A DNA stretch of 58,904 bases, filler included. It is 5 parts of 5 records of this genome, joined end to end, with 100 filler letters (N's around TTAATTAATTAA, not from the genome) between each part and the next. Parts side by side here need not be neighbours in the genome. Positions count along the whole stretch, not along the records: positions 47,561 to 52,937 come from SRR31156797_22941; positions 53,038 to 58,904 come from SRR31156797_22950; 3 more parts are not named here. One strand, given 5' to 3'. A model generated the notes under the pieces. It was not told where the DNA came from. It did not search any database and saw only the letters and a program-made list of their open reading frames with translations. The position numbers and the translations under genes were made by a program. Positions 49,247 through 58,904 of the stretch are shown one piece after another (the stretch's first letter is position 1; each line of letters begins with the position of its first letter).

Positions 49247-50647
49247 ATGAAAAAAATTGCATGTGCGGTCGTGGCAGGCGCCCTGATGATCTCAGGGTGC
49301 TCCCTTGCCCCGGCATATCACCGCCCGGGAAATGTGACCGCTTCGGACTGGTCGTCGATCCAAGGTGAGGCAGTCCCGGATAGAGAGAAAACCGGTCAGG
49401 CACTTGCCATCGGTATTCCGTGGAAAACGTTTTTCCAGTCCCGGGATTTGCAAACGGTGATCCAAACGGCCCTGGACAACAACCGTGATTTGAAAAACGC
49501 GGTGCTCAGTGTCCGGAAAACCCAGGCCCTCTATAATATTGAACGCTCCAAACTGCTGCCGGATCTCAATGCCGCCGGCACCGGGGACTATCAAAGCGAT
49601 TTCCACGGCAACTCCGTGGAAAAATACCAGGCCGGCCTTGCCATGCCCTACTATGAGGTCGATTTTTTCGGTCGCATCAAAAACCTCAGCGACGTCGCCC
49701 TGAACCAGTACCTGGCCACCGATGAAGCCCGGAAGAGCATCACCATCTCCCTGATCGCCCAGGCCGCCCATGCCTGGCTTCAGCTGACAAGCGACCAGCA
49801 AACCCTGGAGATGTCCCAGGAATCCCAGGAAACCCGTCAGCAGACATACGAGCTGGTGAACAAAAGCTACCAGAACGGTGTGGCCACCAAGCAGGACCTG
49901 TCCCAGGCCCGCATCGCCCTGGAATCCGCCCGGGTGAATACGATCCTGTATACCCGCCTGGTGCAGCTGGACAAAAACGCCCTGGTGGCCATCATGGGAA
50001 CCAAGGGGCTCTCCGGAATTCCCCTGTCAACAGCGCTTGACCAGGCGGCGGTCATGGAGGAGATCCCTGTGGGACTCTCATCAGAGGTGCTCCTCAAACG
50101 CCCGGATATCCTCGGGGCCGAGTATTCCCTGAAAGCGGCCGGCGCCAATATCGGCGCGGCACGGGCCGCCTTTTACCCCCGGATTGCCCTGACCGGTAAC
50201 CTTGGCTACTCAAGCACCGATCTTGGAGACCTGTTCTCCTCTTCCGACAATGCCGGATGGGGAATCGGGCCCTCCATCTCCGTGCCCATTTTCAATGGCA
50301 AACGGAACAAGACCCTGTTAAAGGCTGCAAAGATCGACCAGAAAATTGCCGTGGTTCAATATGAAAAAACCCTGCAGCTGGCGTTCAAGGAAGTGGCGGA
50401 TGCGCTGGCCGCAAGAAAGACCCTGGGCCAGCAGCTGGAGGCCCAGCGCATGCTGGTCCGGGCAAGCCAGGACGCCTACGACCTCTCCATGAAACGGTAC
50501 AACGAAGGCATTGACTCCTTTTTAAGTGTGCTGGACGCCCAGCGGTCGCTGTTTGCTTCCCAGACCGCCGAAATCGACCTGCAGCGCCAGGAGCTGGCCA
50601 ACAGGGTCAGCCTGTACAAGGTGCTTGGCGGAGGTCTTGCCCACTAG
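49247..50647 (+). CDS. OprM/NodT-family outer-membrane efflux lipoprotein
   Basis: Lipobox ISGC, NNRDL, RPDILGAE, AARAAFYP, LYKVLGGG. Confidence 0.95.
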   Translation: MKKIACAVVAGALMISGCSLAPAYHRPGNVTASDWSSIQGEAVPDREKTGQALAIGIPWKTFFQSRDLQTVIQTALDNNRDLKNAVLSVRKTQALYNIERSKLLPDLNAAGTGDYQSDFHGNSVEKYQAGLAMPYYEVDFFGRIKNLSDVALNQYLATDEARKSITISLIAQAAHAWLQLTSDQQTLEMSQESQETRQQTYELVNKSYQNGVATKQDLSQARIALESARVNTILYTRLVQLDKNALVAIMGTKGLSGIPLSTALDQAAVMEEIPVGLSSEVLLKRPDILGAEYSLKAAGANIGAARAAFYPRIALTGNLGYSSTDLGDLFSSSDNAGWGIGPSISVPIFNGKRNKTLLKAAKIDQKIAVVQYEKTLQLAFKEVADALAARKTLGQQLEAQRMLVRASQDAYDLSMKRYNEGIDSFLSVLDAQRSLFASQTAEIDLQRQELANRVSLYKVLGGGLAH

Positions 50648-50680
50648 GCGCATCCCCCCCTAAGGGTTCTTCGTGTCATT

Positions 50681-50730
50681 AAAAGCGTTTGTTCCGTCCG
50701 GTGTCTCCGGGCGGAACAAACGCTTTTTTT
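50681..50730. terminator. Bidirectional intrinsic terminator
   Basis: aaaagcgtttgttccgtccgg...ccgggcggaacaaacgcttttttt. Confidence 0.88.
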
Positions 50731-50748
50731 ACAGCTGATTGTTATGCC

Positions 50749-51252
50749 TTAGTTTATTTTTAATATTGCTGAACCAGATGCCTTTTTTCCTGACAAATAA
50801 TCTGTTACGATCGCCGAGATTTTGTAATTCCCTGCCGGGTCGGTTGGTTCAAACATCATATCAAGGACTGGGTCGGCAATAATTACGCCAGTGTTTATTG
50901 AGACTCTCTTGTTATGAACGGCCCATCTTTTTTCCTGCAGAAGGACCGAACCATCAGGGGAGAGAATTTGGACAGCAACAACAAAATTTACTTTTGAATC
51001 TTCTCCCTTGGTAAAGCCCGTGATTGCGAAACCACCGTGAACCAATTGGTTATATTTGGCTTCTTTTATTCTCCTTATTGTAGGCGCATGAGATGTCGGA
51101 GTTTCGATCCATTCTTTTATGAATTTGGGTGAGTCAGTAATAAAAACAGTTACGTGAAGGTCCCCTGGTGAATTCACCGACATAGGTTCCAAGGCATGAG
51201 AAAAAAATGGAACAAAAACACAAACAAAAGCAATCAGCAGGGATTTAATCAT
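50749..51252 (-). CDS. Secreted hypothetical protein, Ig-like beta sandwich
   Basis: Signal peptide; DPAGNYKISAIVTD motif. Confidence 0.65.
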   Translation of the reverse strand: MIKSLLIAFVCVFVPFFSHALEPMSVNSPGDLHVTVFITDSPKFIKEWIETPTSHAPTIRRIKEAKYNQLVHGGFAITGFTKGEDSKVNFVVAVQILSPDGSVLLQEKRWAVHNKRVSINTGVIIADPVLDMMFEPTDPAGNYKISAIVTDYLSGKKASGSAILKIN

Positions 51253-52117
51253 TGGGATTTCCTTATTTTTAAGGTCACGACACTAAAAACCAGACCCACC
51301 CATTACTAACTTTAAAACAACAGAAGACATCAACATATTAGAACCATTAAAAATACAAACCACTTACTCCACCAACAGCATAAACACTAAAGAGGTATTC
51401 AGATCAAATTCCATGGGAGACAATCTTTCCTTTGGACCTGAAACGTCACTCGTCAATTCCAATAGATAAAACTGAACACAAGTTATTGTAAATTAGGAAT
51501 TCTCCATATCAGATATAGTATCACCAAAATGAAAGCAACCAGAACCATTGCTGCCCCACCCTTATAGCCCTAAGGGATTGCGGCTCACGCTGTGAGATTC
51601 TTTTTCTTTTCATAAAACTTTTCCTGTTTTTCCAAGGCTACCCGGCTACCTCCCAATAGTACCCAGGATTTTCCGTTCCTGGTTCTCATTTTTTTTTGCT
51701 TTATCAGTTTTCGAACATAGCAATGACCATACCGTTTCCGCCGGATAATCGTCAGCACCCGGTTCGTTGGTAAACAGCAATCTGTATTTACAGACATTTC
51801 TCACCTTGCGAAAAATGGTTATTATTTAATGAATACCAATCATATGGGCATTCCCCAAAAGGCAAGTGAGAAAAATATGTTACAATTCGCCACCAACTAT
51901 GTAAAAAATACCATATTTATATAAATAAAATGTAACATCTCGTTTCTTTTCAACAACATAAAGAGAAGCGTTTTTCCTAACAGAAGCAAACATTTTTAAT
52001 TGTTTACTTGACAAAAAGGAACTTCTCATCTTATTACTCACGCTGTCAGAATGACATTTTTAAGTTCTTTTTTGGTTCAAGCATTTCTCAATCCATTATA
52101 ATTAGACTTTTGGAAGA

Positions 52118-52937
52118 ATGACCATGCTGAAAAACAAGATCATTTTGTATCTCTTCTTTTTCGTATTCTTATTTCTTTTTTCGTCTGTTTCCATATGCGG
52201 AGCGACCGTCAATGAAAGCGGAACCATCAGCCAGGATACGGTATGGACGTCCGATGAAATCCATCTGGTTACCGGTGATATCACTATCAATGCCGGAATC
52301 AAATTGACCATTAACCCCGGAACGGTTGTCAAATTCAACCCGGGCAGACGGATCGATGTCAACCAGGGCATTCTTGTCGCTGAAGGCGATCCCGGCAGCA
52401 AAATCGTATTTACCTCCTGCCGGGATGACAGTTTTGGCGGTGATACCAATGGGGATGGGTACAGCCATGGTCAGCCGGGAGATTGGAGCGGGATCCGTTT
52501 CAACAGAGCCGTAAGTTGCAACCAGCCTGTCTGTGAAACCGGGGAAGCCGGGACAAGACTCAGCCACTGTATTATTCGCTACGGAGGGTACGGCGACAAC
52601 GGAACCATTTATGCGAATAGATCCGATATATCCATTATTTCATGCGAAATAAGCTACGGCTCTTATTACGGGGTATCAGCCGACTACAGTTCCCTTCTGA
52701 TTCAGGAGACCCTGATATCCGACAACGTAAATCATGGGTTATACCAGACACACGGAAGCCCTGAGTTCATAGGGAACACGATAAGGAACAATGGCGGTTC
52801 CGGCATCCATGTCCTGTCTGCCGCTCCGGTCATAGAGGGCAACACCATCACCGGCAACACCGGCTGGGGCATCTATTTTAATGAAGCCCAGGATGCACCG
52901 CTCATTGCCGGCAACACCATCACCGGCAACACCCGGA
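52118..52937 (+). CDS. Secreted right-handed beta-helix protein, 5' part (contig-truncated)
   Basis: LTINPGTVVKF, IVFTS..DD..GGDTNGDG, PGDWSGI, repeated GNTITGNT. Confidence 0.85.
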
Positions 52938-53037
52938 NNNNNNNNNNNNNNNNNNNNNNNNNNNNNNNNNNNNNNNNNNNNTTAATTAATTAANNNNNNN
53001 NNNNNNNNNNNNNNNNNNNNNNNNNNNNNNNNNNNNN
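52938..53037. other. Artificial contig spacer
   Basis: N-run + TTAATTAATTAA + N-run. Confidence 0.99.
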
Positions 53038-53879
53038 TATTCACTTGGAATTAAAAACTCTTTTGCTGTGACTAAACTATTATAAAAGCCATGTTCATAC
53101 CCTAACTCATATAACTTATCTAAGGCTTTATATTGTATGTCACTTAACATTACTGAGTTATCATTTGCATAAAGGTCTAAATAGTTGTCTAAAGTATCAG
53201 CGTCAACTCTTATAAGACCTTTATCAAGTAACATTGGAGCTAAAACTTTTCTATTTTTATTAGCTACATCAACAGCTTTTATTAATGTATTTTCATAATC
53301 AATCGCACTATGTAATGGTATTGATCTTCTTAAACACATACCACCTAAAGGAAGAGGTAAATCTCCACCACTAAGTTCAACCCAGATATCCCAAATCTCT
53401 TTTTCAACTTCAAGCTCTTCGCTGTATGTTAAAATTGATTCGTGAATTAATACACCAGCATCAACCTCTCCATCTAAAACAGCTTTTTCAATATCTAAAA
53501 AGTTCATATATGTAATTCTAGCTTCAGGATAAGCGATTCTAAAAAGTAAACCATTTGTAGTGTACTCACCACTTAATGCTACTTTGAAGTTTCTTTTTAG
53601 CTTTGTTCCTTTTCTTTTTATAAGTTTTGGTCCATAGCCTTCTCCAAAAGATACTGCTGTTTTCAATAACGCGTAGTCATCTTTTACAAAAGGATAAAGA
53701 GCAAAAGATATTGCACAAATATCATATTGACCTTTTAGAGTTGCTTGGTTTAATGTTTCTATATCATCGGCAATGTTTTCAAACACTGCATCTTCTGGCG
53801 TCACCCAACCAAATTTAATAGCATAATACATAAAAATATCGTCTGCATCGGGTGAATGCGCAACACTTATAGTCTTCAA
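53038..53879 (-). CDS. mqnD: Futalosine-pathway menaquinone biosynthesis protein, MqnD family (3' truncated)
   Basis: VAHSPDADD, DIETLN, GEGYGP, GVLIHE, LPLPLGG; TTG start. Confidence 0.8.
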
Positions 53880-54085
53880 AATATATCCTTAAATTTTTTT
53901 CTACTTGGATTGTATCAAGAAGTGCATTATTTTTGATTTAATAAACAAATTTTTTCTTTTTTTCTTTTTAATAAAAAGTGTGAAGAAAAGTAATAGTCAA
54001 TTTTTTTTTACTACAATTTTTCATACTAATTTCTTGAAATGTGTTAAAATTAATATATGAATATTCATTTAGGAGGAAAGATATA

Positions 54086-54691
54086 ATGCTTATCAAGTTT
54101 ATAAATTGCACAGAAAAACAATACAGTAATATAAACAAAATTATTGAATTTTTAAGTAATTATTTTGACTCCATCGGAATAAAAAATGAAACACTAAATA
54201 TATCAAATTTTAGAATCACAAAATGTACTCAATGTAGATGTTGTACTCAAAAAAAAGGTGATAATCCTGCAAAATGTGTTATCAAAGATGATATGAATAA
54301 TCTAATTGATGAAATAGAAGAAGCAGATGCCTATGTAATATTAGCTGATAGAAATTCACTTTTTATAAAAAATAAAATCCATGAAAAGTTTTCTGAAAGA
54401 TTAGTTGCTTATTATTATTGGCCTTTTAATCAAGTAGAATCAAAACTAAGAAAACCCTATCCAAGTAAAAACTCTATTTTAATAAATCTAAATACTACAA
54501 AATATTTTATGAATCATAGTTTTTATACCTCAAAACTGTATATGGAACACACTTCCAACTCAATTGGAGCAAATGTGTTAGATTGGGAAGCAATAACCCC
54601 TAAAGAGGATATTGTAGAAACCTACAAAGATAGACTTATGCAAATGGCATACAAACTTATAGCTTCAGCAAACCAAAGAAAAGCTTCTTAA
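54086..54691 (+). CDS. Divergent iron-sulfur flavoprotein/flavodoxin-like protein
   Basis: CTQCRCC-x10-CVIKDDM...IEEADAYV; AGGAGG RBS before ATG 54086. Confidence 0.7.
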   Translation: MLIKFINCTEKQYSNINKIIEFLSNYFDSIGIKNETLNISNFRITKCTQCRCCTQKKGDNPAKCVIKDDMNNLIDEIEEADAYVILADRNSLFIKNKIHEKFSERLVAYYYWPFNQVESKLRKPYPSKNSILINLNTTKYFMNHSFYTSKLYMEHTSNSIGANVLDWEAITPKEDIVETYKDRLMQMAYKLIASANQRKAS

Positions 54692-55548
54692 ATAGTTATA
54701 GTGTAAGAGCAATCAAAATCTTGATTCTCTTCAAGGCAAATAATCCCTTTTTTCTCTTCAATTTTTTTATTATGTCCTATAAAATCTGCAACTCCATACC
54801 AAGGTTCAATACAAACAAAACCACTTCCTGTTGGCTTTGACCATAATCCAAGATAAGGAAAATCTTTAAATGTTAATTTCACATAAGATGTGTTTGTTTT
54901 ATTTTTAAAAGTTAGTTCTTCAATATTGTCATTTAAAACCAATGCATCATCTTCAAAAAGTTTTTCACTCAAGTTTAGTTTTGAGTTATCTAAGTGTAAA
55001 ACTTTTGTATTAGAACTTATTCCTTTATTTGTTATAGGATAAACTTCCAAAGAGTTTTTCTTTTTAAACTCTAAAAAACACTCCTGTTTTTTTTCACTAT
55101 TTAAAGGCCAATTAAAAGCAGGATGAGCGCCAATTGAAAAATAAATTTTACCATTTGTTTGGTTTACCACTTTGTATTGGACTTCAAGATTATTTTGTTC
55201 TAAAATGTATGTTATAAAAAGTGTAAAATCAAAAGGATAAACCTTTAAAGTATCTTCATTTGATTCTAATTTAAAAGAGATAAAACTCTCTTTTTGCTCA
55301 ACTAAATCAAACTGCATATCTCTAGCAAAACCGTGTTGGCTTAGTTTATAGGTTTTATCTTTATAAGTATATTCATCATCTATAAGTTTGCCAACTATAG
55401 GAAAAAGAATAGGAGAGTGTCTTTTCCAGTATTTTTCATCTGCTTGCCAAATATACTCTTTTTTTGTAGAGTTTTTTAAACTGCAAAGTTCAGCACCAAA
55501 GCTATTTATTTGTGCTTTTATATAGTTGTTTTTTATTTCATATTTCAT
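54688..55548 (-). CDS. Aldose 1-epimerase family protein (LacX-like)
   Basis: GAELCSL, EYIWQ..W..HSPILFP, QHGFARD, GAHPAF, CIEPW. Confidence 0.92.
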   Translation of the reverse strand: MKYEIKNNYIKAQINSFGAELCSLKNSTKKEYIWQADEKYWKRHSPILFPIVGKLIDDEYTYKDKTYKLSQHGFARDMQFDLVEQKESFISFKLESNEDTLKVYPFDFTLFITYILEQNNLEVQYKVVNQTNGKIYFSIGAHPAFNWPLNSEKKQECFLEFKKKNSLEVYPITNKGISSNTKVLHLDNSKLNLSEKLFEDDALVLNDNIEELTFKNKTNTSYVKLTFKDFPYLGLWSKPTGSGFVCIEPWYGVADFIGHNKKIEEKKGIICLEENQDFDCSYTITI

Positions 55549-55549
55549 T

Positions 55550-55786
55550 TTATTTAAAAACTAAAGGTTTAAAAGCTTTTTCATCTTTAAAAAAATTGCT
55601 TTTGTCGTTTGGCTTTCCACACTGTCCTAAAGAGTTAGTATTTAGATTAGTGTCCTTTTGTATTTTGTCTAAAGGAGCGCAAGCTTCTGTGTTTTTGTTA
55701 TTTGATTTTATTTCATTTTTTGTAGTTACTGTATTATTTGCGAATAATGAAGAAAAAATTAGAATATAAAATAGAATGTATTTCAT
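55550..55786 (-). CDS. Small secreted protein with two Cys
   Basis: Signal peptide ending SLFA; AAGGA RBS. Confidence 0.6.
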   Translation of the reverse strand: MKYILFYILIFSSLFANNTVTTKNEIKSNNKNTEACAPLDKIQKDTNLNTNSLGQCGKPNDKSNFFKDEKAFKPLVFK

Positions 55787-55898
55787 TTAATTTCCTTATA
55801 ATTTTTATAATAAATAATTCTATCAATATTTTATTAATATAAAATTACAAGTTTGTATAAAATAATAACACTCTTTACTTTAGTTACTAGGAAAAATC

Positions 55899-57386
55899 CT
55901 AGTAACCTGAGATTTGTACATAATATGAGATTATGTTAAGTAATGGTTCTACAAAGAAGATTGAAAGTATAGTTGCTACTGCACAAAAACCAATAAGCAC
56001 TTTTATTGGAGTTGTTGCATTTGACATATATTTTACTTCATTTTCTTCTATTGGTTCTTTTAAGAAAATAAATACAATTGGTTTTAAGTAATAGAAACCT
56101 GCAATTGCAGAGTTTACAACCATAATCAATGCTAAGAAAATATATCCTGCATTTACAGCACTTCCTATTAAATACATTTTACCCCAGAATAAAGCAAAAG
56201 GTGGAAGCCCCGCTAAACTTAAGAAAAATAGTCCCATCATAGTTGCTGTTAAAGGTGAAACTTTAACTAATCCTGCATATTTTTCTAAAGTATGGTCACT
56301 TTCAAAGTTTGTATTTTTTTCTCTATTTAACCAAAGCATAGTAAATCCACCAAGGTTTGTAATAAAGAACATAATCCAGTACAAGAACAATGCATTTGTT
56401 GCTTGTGTTGTTCCTATTAGGATTGCTGTCATTGCAAAACCTGCATTTGAAACAGAAGAGTAAGCTAACATTCTTTTTATATCATTTTGTAAAAGAGCAA
56501 TAATATTAGGAATAGTCATTGTTAATACAGCAGTTACATAAAGAATAATCTCTACATACTCATCTGCACTCGCCACAAAAATTTCAAAGAATCTAAGTGC
56601 AACAACAAATCCTGCCATTTTTGGAACAACTGATAAAAACCCTGCTAATGCTGCTGTTGAACCTTCATAAACATCTGCTACCCAAGTATGATATGGAACT
56701 AATGATAGTTTAAATCCTAAAGCCCCTAACATAAACACAACACCAACTAACACCATAGGATAGTTTGCAAAGTTTGTATTTGTAAGTACTTCTGAGATTT
56801 GACCAAGTTCTAAAGTTCCTGTTAAAGCATAAAAAATCATTGAACCAAAAGCAAAGAAAGCAGTTGCTAAAGCACCCATAGTAAAATACTTTATAGCTGC
56901 TTCAATTGCATTTTGTCTATTATGAAGTGCAATCAATGTGTATAAAGACATTGAAGCTGTTTCAAGTCCAACAAAAATTAGAATCAACGAATCTGAACTT
57001 GCCATAAATTGGAAACCTGCAACCATGAAAAGGTACAAAGCAAAATATTCTGGATATCTACACTCATGGAATCTTAGTTTACCCATTGCAGTTATAATAA
57101 ATAAAATAGATGCAATTATCATAATAACTTGAGATAATAAAGAGATTCCATCTAATAACATTAAGTCAAAGAAACCTCTTACATCTCCTGTATAACCAAG
57201 AACTGTTCCTAAGTCTACAAATAAGAAAAGTACAGTTAACATCACATATAAAGATTTGTCAAGATTTTTATTTGCTAAATCAACACATAAAATTACTAAT
57301 GCCCCAACAATTGCCACTAACATTGGTACAATTGAAGTAAAATTTAAACTGAAAAAATCAATTGCTACTGGTGGTATATTATTCAT
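55899..57386 (-). CDS. nuoN: NADH-quinone oxidoreductase subunit N
   Basis: Close homologue of 41417-42901. Confidence 0.96.
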   Translation of the reverse strand: MNNIPPVAIDFFSLNFTSIVPMLVAIVGALVILCVDLANKNLDKSLYVMLTVLFLFVDLGTVLGYTGDVRGFFDLMLLDGISLLSQVIMIIASILFIITAMGKLRFHECRYPEYFALYLFMVAGFQFMASSDSLILIFVGLETASMSLYTLIALHNRQNAIEAAIKYFTMGALATAFFAFGSMIFYALTGTLELGQISEVLTNTNFANYPMVLVGVVFMLGALGFKLSLVPYHTWVADVYEGSTAALAGFLSVVPKMAGFVVALRFFEIFVASADEYVEIILYVTAVLTMTIPNIIALLQNDIKRMLAYSSVSNAGFAMTAILIGTTQATNALFLYWIMFFITNLGGFTMLWLNREKNTNFESDHTLEKYAGLVKVSPLTATMMGLFFLSLAGLPPFALFWGKMYLIGSAVNAGYIFLALIMVVNSAIAGFYYLKPIVFIFLKEPIEENEVKYMSNATTPIKVLIGFCAVATILSIFFVEPLLNIISYYVQISGY

Positions 57387-58904
57387 TATTCACCTCCTCC
57401 AATGCTATTTGACTCTAAAAGTCTAGTCTTTGTATCTGTATTTACCGCTTTTATTTGCATAACCTCAATAAGTTTTGAAACAGACTTATCAACTGGGTCT
57501 AAAATAGGTTTTGGATAAACACCTAAGATAACAACTAAAGCTATTAAAGGAACTAAAGCAATAACTTCTCTTCCTTTGATATCTTTTAGTTTTTTGTTCT
57601 CTTCATTTGTAATTGGTCCAAAAAAAGATTTTTTATACATTACAAGCATATAAACTGCTCCAAGTATGATTGTAAGTCCAGCAATAATTGTTAAAACTGG
57701 AGATACTTTAAAGAATCCTAATAAAGATAAAAACTCTCCAACAAAACCAATTGTAAGTGGAAGTCCAACTGATGCCATAAGCATTATTCCAAAAACAGTT
57801 GCATATTTTGGCATTACACTAGCTAAACCACCAAACTCACTTATCATCTTAGTGTGTCTTCTATCATAAATAACTCCAACTAACATAAACAGTGCTCCTG
57901 ATACAACACCATGCGAAATCATTAAGAAGATTGAACCCCCAATTCCTTCAACATTTAGTGCAAAAATACCAAGGATAATAACACCCATATGAGATACTGA
58001 TGAGTAAGCAATTACTTGTTTCATATCCTCTTGAGCATAAGCAACCATTGCTGTATAAACAATAGCAATTAGTGCTAAAATAGCCATTGGAATTGTAAAG
58101 TAGGCAGAGGCATCAGGGAAAAGTGGTAGTGATAATCTAACAAAACCATATGTACCCATTTTAAGCAACACTGCTGCAAGGATTACAGAACCGATTGTTG
58201 GTGCCTGACCGTGAGCATATGGAAGCCATGTATGGAATGGGAACATTGGAACTTTGATTGCAAAGCCAGCAAAAAATGCAATAAATAACCATAATTGCAT
58301 ATCAAAAGGAAGAATCAACATATTCCAATCTAAGAATCCAAAACTCCAGTGACCAGTTGTTTGAAAGTACACATATCCAAGGTATAACATACCAACTAAC
58401 ATAACTAACGAACCAAAGAATGTATATAAGAAAAACTTAACAGCCGCGTAGATTCTTAGTTTTCCACCCCAAGCACCAATTATATACAACATTGGTACAA
58501 GAGATAACTCCCAGAAAAGATAGAAAATAATTGCATCTAAAGCAACAAAAACACCAACCATTGTCATCTCTAAAAACAAGACTGTGATTAACATATGTTT
58601 TAAGTTTCTTTTCTCTGTTAATCCAACAACTGCAATCATAGTCATAAAAGTTGTCATAATAACTAAGAATAAAGAGATTCCATCAATTCCAACAGAATAG
58701 TTTACACCATAACTTTCAATGATAGGGATTATCTCAGTAAACTGCATATCTGCTACTGATGTGTCAAAACCAATCCACATCAATACTGTAAGTACAAACT
58801 CAATTGCAGTTACTAATATTGCATACATTCTAATAGAGTCATCTTTAACCAAAAACCCTATAAATGCAGCGAACGCTGGAAAAAATATTAATATTGATAA
58901 AATA
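57386..58904 (-). CDS. nuoM: NADH-quinone oxidoreductase subunit M (start beyond window end)
   Basis: Close homologue of 42901-44427; frame open to the window edge. Confidence 0.95.
   Translation of the reverse strand, partial: ILSILIFFPAFAAFIGFLVKDDSIRMYAILVTAIEFVLTVLMWIGFDTSVADMQFTEIIPIIESYGVNYSVGIDGISLFLVIMTTFMTMIAVVGLTEKRNLKHMLITVLFLEMTMVGVFVALDAIIFYLFWELSLVPMLYIIGAWGGKLRIYAAVKFFLYTFFGSLVMLVGMLYLGYVYFQTTGHWSFGFLDWNMLILPFDMQLWLFIAFFAGFAIKVPMFPFHTWLPYAHGQAPTIGSVILAAVLLKMGTYGFVRLSLPLFPDASAYFTIPMAILALIAIVYTAMVAYAQEDMKQVIAYSSVSHMGVIILGIFALNVEGIGGSIFLMISHGVVSGALFMLVGVIYDRRHTKMISEFGGLASVMPKYATVFGIMLMASVGLPLTIGFVGEFLSLLGFFKVSPVLTIIAGLTIILGAVYMLVMYKKSFFGPITNEENKKLKDIKGREVIALVPLIALVVILGVYPKPILDPVDKSVSKLIEVMQIKAVNTDTKTRLLESNSIGGGE

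Noticed and set aside
51585-51797. 70-aa ORF as a real gene
   Set aside because: No RBS or recognisable motif; overlaps inverted-repeat DNA
11983-53037. GC shifts and repeated TTAATTAATTAA as island boundaries or a biological repeat
   Set aside because: All four occur inside identical 100-bp N spacers; they are assembly linkers, so cross-contig gene neighbourhoods are meaningless

Overview
This window is not one chromosome. It is five unrelated contigs joined by 100-bp artificial spacers (N-run + TTAATTAATTAA + N-run). (1) 1-11982: AT-rich, probably Fusobacteriota (Spy-like protein, rsgA with a uORF leader, 2-hydroxyacid dehydrogenase, long recJ, cls, PHP protein, two cNMP-binding proteins, Slt). 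(2) 12083-24985: GC-rich, probably Desulfobacterales (prfC, serC, serA, FAD/Fe-S oxidoreductase, rsmE, lysE, beta-barrel, tyrS, LysR, leuC). (3) 25086-47460: Arcobacteraceae-like, with nuoI-N and an intact ~12.3-kb phage-satellite-like element integrated in the 3' end of the SRP RNA gene. (4) 47561-52937: GC-rich RND efflux locus and a beta-helix protein. (5) 53038-58904: a second Arcobacteraceae-like contig (mqnD, Isf-like protein, lacX, nuoNM). Best candidate for an undescribed system: the element's cargo, a translationally coupled DUF3800 (RNase H-like) + BECR-like nuclease pair faced by a convergent, separately promoted ~95-nt structured RNA. Other highlights are the satellite itself (att repeats, terS plus a cos-like site, no capsid genes), a Tyr-rich leader-peptide attenuator with tandem terminators upstream of tyrS, and a +X+ motif uORF attenuator upstream of rsgA. 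All family and taxonomy calls come from motif recognition by eye, not database searches.
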